Shown here: piece by piece, positions 54,525 through 64,000 of the stretch
How the letters are laid out: each line of letters opens with the position of its first letter
Numbering within the stretch: position 1 is the stretch's first letter
DNA from: Bugula neritina
Taxonomy: Eukaryota; Animalia; Bryozoa
Assembly: GCA_964035545.1 (NCBI GenBank)
Contig: OZ037766.1
Span: forward strand, 7,120,722 to 7,184,721
Length of the DNA stretch: 64,000 nucleotides
Reading direction: 5' to 3'
Made by a program: the position numbers and the translations under genes
Notes under the pieces: model-generated
Seen by the model: only the letters and a program-made list of their open reading frames with translations
Database searches by the model: none
Told to the model about the DNA's origin: nothing

Positions 54525-54664
54525 CTAGTTTGCTGATTTACAAGCTGTGACAACCAGTTCGGCGTTTTCTCGCCTCAATGATCTCTTTAGGTATGGTTTT
54601 TAAGCTATACGCCCAGCCAATCTTTGCCATTAAGTTAATGAAGATAGTCGTGGGATTCAACGCA
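54525..54664 (-). pseudogene. Duplicated fragment of the desaturase last exon (its 3' flank continues to about 54150)
   Basis: Matches 62181-62361 with a deletion of about 41 nt and is truncated at the duplication junction. Confidence 0.85.
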
Positions 54665-57600
54665 TTTAGTTTTATGACAAAGTTAGCAGAGGGTTATGAC
54701 AAATTCACTGATTTGGGGTAAGTGGCTTTGTATGATAGACTTGATATAAAATTAAATCATACTATACATATTCTGGTGAGAGAATAATAAAATTAAGTTA
54801 ATATTTTAGTAACAATAAGTACAATCTCATATTAAAACATCTTAATCAATAATCATCAAAAAAAATTAATAGTAATCACTGATATATGCTGTTGGATGCT
54901 TTTCTCTGTAATTTAAGCTGTTGCAAAATTTCATCAAAAATTATGCTTGCAGCTCCATATAATTTTAATTTATGTGTTTACCCAAGTATTTATCTTACTT
55001 TATGATTTTATACTTTATACCAATTAGTAATTCTCTTGTATCATATTTGTACTCTAAGATGCATTCAAAATAACTGCTCTATAGTTTTTATTAAACTTTG
55101 TGAAGTTAAGACATGTTTTTGATTACTATTTTTTTAGTGTGGAGTTTGTTATTAAGATCCAGTTTGCTTCCGTCACAGATGGGTACCAAAATCAGCGAGT
55201 AATAACAAGAATATTGAAGCAATTCCTCGATGACTGCCGATTGAGCACGACTGGTCCTGAAGCTATTATCGTAGAGTGTACCAGTTATTTTACATATAAA
55301 ATATGTGAAAAATTTGGCATGAATTTAGCATTCGAACTTGACTTTTCTGAAAAATTTGTTCATCATAAGAAGATTGTGAATAATGACATTCATAAAAAAG
55401 CATATGTGGCCAGTCGCGACAAAACCGGGGATGTGGCGGCGTTTATAAAGTGTAGTAAATGAAGGTTTAATTTGGATATACTTAAATTTGAAATTAATTT
55501 CCAGTTTTTAGGTTTTGAACTTTTCTGATACAAAAAAATCCAAGGATTTCAAAAATCATACTTTCGTAAGCATTTGATGATTCCTTCAGCTCCAAAATTG
55601 CATTTAAAGTTGGTAACTAAGGCATTTAATTTTTTAAATGATGAAAAAATTGCGAAGTTATCAAATAAAGAAAGAAGACAATTTTAGTCATTTTCATAGC
55701 GTGGGATCTTGCAAATTTATTTTTTATTAAATGAATTTAGCTTACACCTCTTTCTTCGCATTGTCAGAAGCATCGTATTTAAAATCGAAGGCTAGTTTTA
55801 GTTTTTCATCGTGCTCCATCCAAAGTTAGCTTTTAAGTTACAGAGCTGTTTTGCCCTTTGGTGATAAATACTAAACTTGATCTTTATCTTTAGCGTTCAA
55901 GCTTGAAAATCACAACAATACAGGTAATTATACTCAAAACCATCCTTTACGCTACTAACTTAGAATTGTTGCCAGGATTATTTGTAGTTATCAATTTATT
56001 AATATTGATATTCTTACTATCACTAGGAGTATCGGTATCAGTATGTCTATTCTTATTCTATACTAGTAACTATTTAAATGACTCTCACTATGACTCACAG
56101 TTTGAGGTACGGTTACTCATAAGGATAATCATAATGAATATCATTCATGATTTACTGATACTGGTATTTGGCAGTAAAACCAAATGTAGCTCATTAATAT
56201 TAATAGTATAAGTAATAATTAATAATTATAAATTCACTATTTGAGTCTGACTCTGAGTTTCGCCTTCGGTCTTAAAACTTGATACTTATACTGATAGTAT
56301 TATATTTATTATTGATTTATTCTGTAGTTGATATTTAAATTTACATTGGACTTATTCTTTGTAACTTTTAGCCTCTGTCTTAGATTTTGTGAATACAGTT
56401 ACTGATTACTATTACTATTAGTATCAGTATTATACTATTAACATTAGGCCTACTACTACTAGTCAAACTACCGTTTCCTTTTGTGATTTTTAAATTAGCT
56501 CAAAATTTGATTTAAAATATAATGATAAAATCTTTATCACATTATGCAGGCTTACAGTTACTGTCAAAACTCAATTGATAATCCTATTTATATTGATAAA
56601 AGCATCACCTATAACCAAATTGAAATGGTAAATGTGATTAAATGTAAATGAGTATAATGATGAAATATTAATGCAAGTTCATGGTGATTCTATAGTTGAC
56701 TGACTTAGTTCTTCAGTAAGTTACTTTTAGTCTTATTTAGTGAGTAGTAACACTAACTGAATGCATAAATAGTCTAAACTTTTTAATTATATTATAAAGG
56801 ATGAGCAAAAGTTTATTCATATTTCAAAGTACTTTATTGAATTCAAATTGATTTTATAGTAAATGTCTTTAATATATTCAGTTGCACTTAGCTAGCTTTT
56901 TTACTCAATTAAATGCCTGAGTGGTTAATAGTTATCGAAAGACATTGCTTCTAAATTGCCAATTGCAGATATGCTAGATATTCAAGTGCATAATGTGTAA
57001 TTTTACTGATAATACTATGTTAATATAGAATAATATGATATTCTGTACATTTTAGAAAGTGGACTTATGAGAGCATTAGAGTGAAGACTTATACCTACAC
57101 AACTCTACTACCTATCAATCTAACACTTCTAATGTAGACACTCTGAATTTTGGCTTGCAAGATTATGGCTTCTGCTTATTTCATTCATAAAAAGGTTTGC
57201 AGTCTTTTAATGATGTGCTTGAAAATTTTCAACATTTTTTTTAATTTAAATTGTTCTGTTTAATTCAATAAATTTAAATGTTGATAAAATGCAGGATGAC
57301 AATTAACTGCTGCCATAATAGTACTACAAGAGTGTTTAACCAACTAAATTTTTATAATATAACTGCGTATAATTTCTAATCAAGCTACCGTTTTCTTTTG
57401 TTATTAAAAAAGTCAACATTGTACTTGCAGCTCTGGAATAGACAATAGATTGGTAGATTGGCAGAATGGATGTCAAGTAGCAGCATCTATAATTGCTAGA
57501 AAATCAGCTGATGATAGTGATGAAGCTTTTGCCACATACATGATGTTATGTGTCCATACTCTGTAAACTCATATTATGAAGACCAAGGAAGTAGAAAGAT

Positions 57601-58594
57601 GAAAAGTGCCTCTTTTGCAAAAACCGTAGAAGCTACCTAATTTTCTTTTCTTGATTAGAGTTAATTCAAGCATAATGGTTGTATCCAGGCTGGATTTGTT
57701 GCTGCGTTTAATTAGTTTTTTAAAATAATGTATTTGATGTTTTAAATGTGAATATTAATGCCTAATAAAACTCAAAAGTTCTAATAGCTGATTTTATGTT
57801 TGTATTTTCAACATCAATTGCTAAATTTAGTTGCCGTTAGAGATTATAAAGATATTTATGAATGAATCTCGAATGATTTCATAATAGTCAAATAATTTTC
57901 TCATAAGTGTTCTACTCATTAAGCAATAACTATGAAACAGCACAGCTCAATAGCTGCAGTTTGATGTATTACACAATATATTAGAGGAGAGGAAGATATT
58001 CAATGTATAACAGGAAGCAGCTGCCATTTTGTTTTATATGACTTCCTGCTGACTTGGATGCCTAATTTAAATATCTCAACACACAAATTTGCTGAAACAT
58101 CCTCTTCTTTGCTGGAATTGTTAAACCTTTCAATCATTAAGCAAAGTAAAAAGCAAATTGACAAATAAATTAGACAAAAAGTTTGGCAGCCATATTTGAC
58201 CTAATTTTATGTTGAGGCAGCATGAAATTTAGTTTAACAAAAAGCCCAAACTTTCACAATTATTTTGATACCAAATTTGTCACTATTCCTATTATACAAA
58301 GACCCGTTGCTAAGGCTTGTAAATTGTAAACAAATAATTCTCAACTTATTCTAGAGTTGCCAACTTTAAACGCGATTTTCTCAAAACCGTAATTTAGAAA
58401 TTCTAAAGACGTTAAAGTTTTTAAATACTGATATCTCGAGTTCTATTTATGCTAGAGACTTCAAATAAAGTGCAAAATGTTTGAAAAAGTCTGCTCTATC
58501 ACTTCATAGTAATAACTAGGTTTTCAACATTTTATATACATCCCTTGTTTTGTGGTGCCAGGTCACATATGTTATGTTAAAGAAGTTCAAGTAA
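54665..58594 (+). pseudogene. GNAT paralog D: 5'-truncated copy of paralog B, disrupted by a transposon
   Basis: Partial exon 3 at 54665-54717. Exon 4 is split into 55138-55405 and 58571-58594. Exons 1-2 are missing. Confidence 0.85.
55406..58566. mobile_element. 3.2-kb TIR DNA transposon, apparently non-autonomous or decayed
   Basis: Imperfect TIRs GTGGCCAGTCGCGACAAAACCGGGGATGT versus (reverse complement) GTGACCTGGCACCACAAAACAAGGGATGT. ATAT is duplicated relative to the empty site at 49381 (alternatively a TA TSD with TGTG...CACA ends). Confidence 0.8.
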
Positions 58595-59392
58595 AACTAG
58601 TTGTAGGGGAATTTAATTTAAAACATCGTAAAATGTTTTGTCACCTTTTATGGTATTATTTATGATACTGTAAATGTTTTAGATACACTTCTATATTATA
58701 TAGCTGCTATTTTTATACTATTTTCTATGTGACAAAATTTTACAAATTATGAGCTGAAATAATTGATAACTTTTAATGCCATTATATAGCAATACCATAT
58801 ATATTATTATTATATAGCATTATGCAAAGTGTTGTATACGGTTATTCTCATAATTTATTTCACAATTAGGTCACATTGAAAGGCTAATTTATCATTTTAT
58901 AGTTAATATTATTTTAACAATATATGTTTATTGGCCTTAAATTACAGGAATAAAATATAAAAGTGGAATTTCAATTTTACTAAAATATCGTGGAATATAA
59001 GCATTGGTGTCACACTGAAGGCATGTCTTCTGATGTGCAGTGTTCTCAGCAACCTTATTGTCTTACCAGAATTATAATGGAGTGGACCAGTTCGTAATGC
59101 TAAGCATTCTGTTCAATCACCCAGTTTAACTTGGTGTTGCATTATAAGCAATAAAGAATACTGCAAAGAACCACTAGGACAAGGAAATTATAATATGAAT
59201 CATCATTGATAGTTCTAACTACACAAGAAGGAAAGCCTTGTTTTGCTAACAGTTTTCTAAAATTATCTGTTTCGCAACAGCTCTCTTTTACAGCAGTGGT
59301 CAGCTGTGAAGTCATTATTTTGCAAGTAGGGTTTTATTATGACGCGTTTTCCGCTTAGATGACTGCTGTCGGCCTTACGAACACGCTATTAT

Positions 59393-59556
59393 CACTGCGT
59401 TTCCATTATCGCATTATGCGAATGGATTTTTTCATTCGGCTAATGGAAACAGTTACATCGGATGAAACCGCAACTATAAGGTAATGCAAACCACAAACCA
59501 CAAATAATCCGTACGAAGCATTCATTCGCATTATGCGCAGTCATGGAAACGCAGTG
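59393..59556. mobile_element. 164-bp MITE (PIF/Harbinger-like) upstream of GNAT paralog E
   Basis: TIR CACTGCGTTTCCAT / ATGGAAACGCAGTG, with TAT on both sides. Absent upstream of paralog C (near 50115). Confidence 0.7.
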
Positions 59557-59830
59557 TATGCATGAATGCTTAAAACTTGCTGTTAGTCTAACCACTTAAT
59601 TTCATGACTTACGAGCTTGTGTATTTTTGCCACGTACCCTATGACTGCTTCCACAGTTTCGTAATAATATCAGCACAGTTATAATATATTCTGATTAAAA
59701 TATATTGAACTACCGGGTATGTGTAAATAACAATGTTTTGCTAGAAACGTCCTATGAAGTATAAATGCTTTGATTTGTTCAGATTGCAATCAGTTGCTAG
59801 TATAGAATCATTTCAATAAGATTTGATAGG

Positions 59831-61514
59831 ATGAGTTTGAGAAATTTTTGTAGGTTTTCATTTTTCAACCTTTCTCATGGCTCAAAGCCAACCTTTAAGT
59901 TACCGACTAAACAACTATCTTCAGCAGCTGAAAAAAGGAATCTTACATCAACACCCGCAATGAAATCAAACATCAAAATTATGGTAAGTGTTGTAAGAAC
60001 TTTCTCACTTCATATCGATGAATATTGTTAAAATAGTATTTCAAGCATCCAGTTTCTGAATTCTATCAAAGTTAATTTTTTTTCAATTTTATAGACTATG
60101 AAAGATAAATCAACAGAATGGAGAAATGTATTGACTCCATGGTTGGACTTTTTCAAGTATGAACCACTAAATTCAGCTGTGGAAGGATTTCAAAGTGAGA
60201 ATGGGAAACAGTGTTTAGAAGGTCTGTTAAAAGATACTCTACTCTTTGATGACACTCCGTGTATAGTGGCTTGGGACACTGACAAAGATCAGGTATATAT
60301 AGTGGATATTGGATTTTATTTACTGTAGATGTAAATACAGAATAGACCTATTTAAGCCACTTTTTGAGCCAATATGAATAATACAGAAACCTCAGCTGCT
60401 TCCAGTTGTTAACTTTCTCTGGCTCTGCTGATCCATACATATACATAGTCATAAATTAGTTACAGTAAGAAGGGCTTCAACATAGCTGGAGGCCATATTT
60501 TCTATATAAATTGTAGCTTAAGGCATAGGCTATACATTCTTTTGTGAGAATTCCGCACTAGTTATAGACAGGTTTTTAAAAATGCTCCCTATAATGCACC
60601 TAAATTATGGCATGTTGTAAAAAGATTGAATTTTTCATTAATTTTTATGAACAGGCTGCAGGTTTTATCATAAACCAGACCTTCTATAAAGATCCGACCC
60701 CAGAGCAAGCTAAGCCACCAATTCCATTTGGTAACCAAAATTGGGATTCAGAATGTTTACCTCAAATTATGGAGATTGAGAAAACTATGCAGTCACTTTC
60801 ACAGAAGTACGATGTGTTCACAGATTTAGGGTGAGTGATAATATACCATGTAATAAATTGTAAACTATTGCAAGTGTTGTCCTAATTGCTTCTATTTAGC
60901 TACATTATTAGTGCGAAAAGTATAAGTGTCAAATATAACAGCTTTTAGACTTTGACCACATAAGGTTTTTTTATAGTAATGAAGGAAATTATATGGTACA
61001 AAATGTTGTAGGCCTATACAATATCAAAACTTAGTTTCATTCTTCTATAATAAAATAGTACAGCACTTGTCATGCAATGAAGCATTATTGAACAGAGATT
61101 ATGTATACTCAAGCTTGTTTGTGATTTTTATAGTTATTTATATGACTATCACATTGTTTTCACCTTCATATGTTTGTTTTAGCTTAATTTTTCTGTTCTA
61201 AATTTATTTTACTTTATTTTAGGGTGAAAATAATATTTAAAACCCAAATGGCCTGTGTGTCACCAAAATACATGAAGCACGGGGTAGTTCAGATGATGGG
61301 AGAGGAAAGTTTAAAATTGGCTTTTGATGCTAAGTATAATTACGAAGCTGTAGTGGCGGAGTGCACTAGTCATTATTCATACAAAGCATCCCTGAAATTA
61401 GGTTTCTGTTTAGCATATGAGTGTGACTTCTCAGAATGTTATTCTGGTTTTGATAAGATGGCTGACAAGTCCACTCATCAACGAGCCAGAGTGATGGTGC
61501 AAAAAATAAAATAA
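59831..61514 (+). CDS. GNAT N-acyltransferase, AANAT-like, paralog E (272 aa; duplicate of C)
   Basis: Exons 59831-59983, 60095-60292, 60655-60830 and 61223-61514. The frame is open and the sequence is highly similar to paralog C. Confidence 0.85.
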
Positions 61515-61683
61515 TTATGAAAGAGATTTTATGTATTGAAGTTAGTATAAGCATGAATCATATTAATGCATGGCTTCTACCACTTCAACTTTTTCACTAT
61601 ATTTTGTAAACAAGTTTATATGTTTATCAATTATGAAAAAATTTATACTAGCTTTTTATAACACAGTTTCTTTACTTTACAAG

Positions 61684-61762
<79 letters not shown>

Positions 61763-61888
61763 CTTGTAGTATTGCTACCTGTTGATATTATGTGTATTTT
61801 AATACACATCTTTAGATCACGTATAAAATCTAAGTGTAATTATTCCATGAGTATGGAACATATTAGAACTTGTTGTACATATATAGAC

Positions 61889-61951
<63 letters not shown>

Positions 61952-62180
61952 ACCAGCTTAAATTTATTGTAAACTGTTTTATTCCAATAGATTATTCAAC
62001 ACTCAGCTCTTTCCTGTTGGTTAAAAATTGTTAATTTGCATACATCCAATAAGTAAAATAACTAAGTAATAGATGCGAAATGTTTTTAATTAGGAAATGA
62101 GAGTTTTATAGAAACTTATTATAAAGCTTGTTCAAAGTTTGTTCAACTATAAAATTATGTAGAATTCTCAAAAGTTGAAA

Positions 62181-63034
62181 CTATTTTGCTGATTTACAAG
62201 CTTTTCTGTCAGCCTGAACGTCGGCATCGGCCATCTCTGCGCTGAGACAACCAGTTCGGCGTTTCCTCGCCTCAATGATCTCTTTAGGTATGGTTTTTAA
62301 GCCATACGCCCAGCCGATCTTAGCCATTAAGTTAATGAAGATAGTCGTGGGATTCAAGGCAATGCCAAATTCACTTGTTGAATAGTCCTGAGGGAATGTA
62401 TGGTGATAGTTATGAAAGCCTTCTCCTATTGCTCCGATAGTTACCAGAATATTCTCGGCAGGGTTAATGTGTTTGTCATAAGGTCTGTTACCTGGAAGGG
62501 AATAATTTACAATATGTATAGTCAAATGCTATGTAACAATTCTATAAATTTGTGAAAAAATATTGTAATTACAGGAGAAAACAGAGTGGTGTGTTTCAAT
62601 TTACATGCTGCATATAATGTATGTTAAACAAACTTGTATACATTTGTGTTTATTGAGACCCAGTGTGTATCTGTGTTCGTAGATACCGATAAACATGACA
62701 CAGGTGTTTGTAATATTATAATGGTCCATGTTGCTTATAGTTATAAATTGTCATACACTAGAATTACACCGGCTTTCCATGGATCGATCTAGGAATCAAT
62801 CCATGGAAAGCCGGTATTAGAGCATTGGACTCAAACGACACTTTAGCCAGATATGATGCATCTTTACCCCACATATGAGCAGCGCTGTTCACCAGCCATG
62901 TGCAGTTGAGTATGACACAGTATCTAAGGATAGCAGATATGAAGTAGGCATTCCACAGGCTTTCACCCCAACAGAGCCATGGTACTATGGTAGGCATTAT
63001 GAAACACATCAGAATAACTAGTGGCATGTAGAAC
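62181..63034 (-). CDS. SCD: Acyl-CoA delta-9 desaturase (stearoyl-CoA desaturase family), last two exons
   Basis: Exon 63034-62868 reads FYMPLVILMCFIMPT...LNCTWLVNSAAHMWG. Exon 62491-62181 reads NRPYDKHINPAEN...GEGFHNYHHTFPQDY, which is the third His box. Upstream exons lie outside the window. Confidence 0.92.
62768..62815. repeat. 48-bp hairpin in the desaturase intron (probable MITE remnant)
   Basis: accggctttccatggat...atccatggaaagccggt. Confidence 0.7.
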
Positions 63035-64000
63035 CTAAAAACATAATAGAATAAACTTTTCAAAGTGGTCTCATCTCTAAAGCAATATAAATTCATCGAA
63101 TGAGTTCTTGAAAATACAGAGTAAACAACTCCAAGTTTAGATTTGTATTGCCATGATTTGGAAGTTGTGTTATCCGAATGGTTGTAACTTGTATAGGCAG
63201 TGATTTATGGTAAAAATTGTATCCATAAAGTAAAGTTTCGCCAGAGTTAGCCATGTATAGTAGATATTGCTTAGCAGTATGTGTATGTACTATGTACAGT
63301 ACTTTTGGGTATGAAATTACCGGCAGTTTATATTCAAGCTACTTTTATGTATCATGGTTTAATTTTCTACTACAGTAGCCAATAAGATATAACAATATTG
63401 TTTAGAGTTGTTAGTCACAACATGTAGAGCCATTGGTCTGGCAGCATGCAGATGTTTTGACTAGAGTTAAAGAATTACCTTTGCAACTGAACAGACAAGT
63501 CATGTCATCATCACATGAGCAGAAATTTATAAATCAAAATATTAACTCATGATAATGTGCTACATCTGCCCATGTGGAACAGTTAGTTATTGCATGTAGC
63601 TCTGGAAATAATTATTATGTAATGTAATTAATCATAATTTACTTGATAATTCAACATATGCTTTATATTTTACAATAACTCAGAGGGCAAGCAAAAGTTT
63701 CAAATTCAAATTGATCAGTTAAGGATTACCAAATTTCTAGAATAGAGGCAACAGCTAAATAAATAGATGATACTAAATTTTATATTTCATGTGACCAATT
63801 AAACAGCATTGGCAGGGCTATAACAGTTGTGCCTCAAATTTAGACAAATCTCAACAACGAGGCAATCCCAAAATTGTCCCGTGAGTAATACTATAGTCCA
63901 GTGTGCAATGTAGCTCACATTTTCTGCAGGCAAAGTCTAAATTGCAAAACTTTTGGAAATATAATTAAAATTCTTCTGATGGTTCAAACTCCAAACTATA

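Noticed and set aside
63470-63530. Candidate upstream desaturase exon ending caaag|gtaatt
   Set aside because: The required phase has in-frame stops just upstream and no convincing desaturase similarity.

Overview
AT-rich, intron-containing animal genomic DNA (GT-AG introns, SINEs, MITEs, (TA)n microsatellites). The gene content suggests an invertebrate, possibly a lophotrochozoan, but the species cannot be determined from this window. I assembled the gene models by hand from splice sites and reading-frame phase. In order: (1) three tandem minus-strand genes (about 4.5-5 kb period) encoding stand-alone NHL-like beta-propellers with a 7-nt coding first exon; (2) two full-length 7-exon RING/B-box-like/coiled-coil/NHL-like (TRIM-NHL-type) genes on the plus strand, flanking (3) a 10-exon minus-strand MFS transporter of the oxalate:formate-antiporter-like type; (4) four intact insect-AANAT-like GNAT N-acyltransferase genes plus one pseudogene fragment, three with mitochondrial-presequence-like N-termini; (5) the last two exons of a delta-9 acyl-CoA desaturase. 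A tandem segmental duplication, with its junction at an 8-bp microhomology near 54660, produced two of the GNAT paralogs. Mobile DNA includes a truncated Penelope-like (GIY-YIG) retroelement with several hammerhead-ribozyme motifs inside a (TA)n tract, a 2.9-kb foldback element with about 0.9-kb TIRs, a 3.2-kb TIR insertion, a solo LTR, several MITEs and two tRNA-derived SINE families. The most notable observations are the RING-less propeller array with hypervariable loops next to its TRIM relatives, the mitochondrial/cytosolic AANAT-like cluster beside a desaturase, the hammerhead cluster, and an intron built from tandem copies of its own splice-junction sequence.
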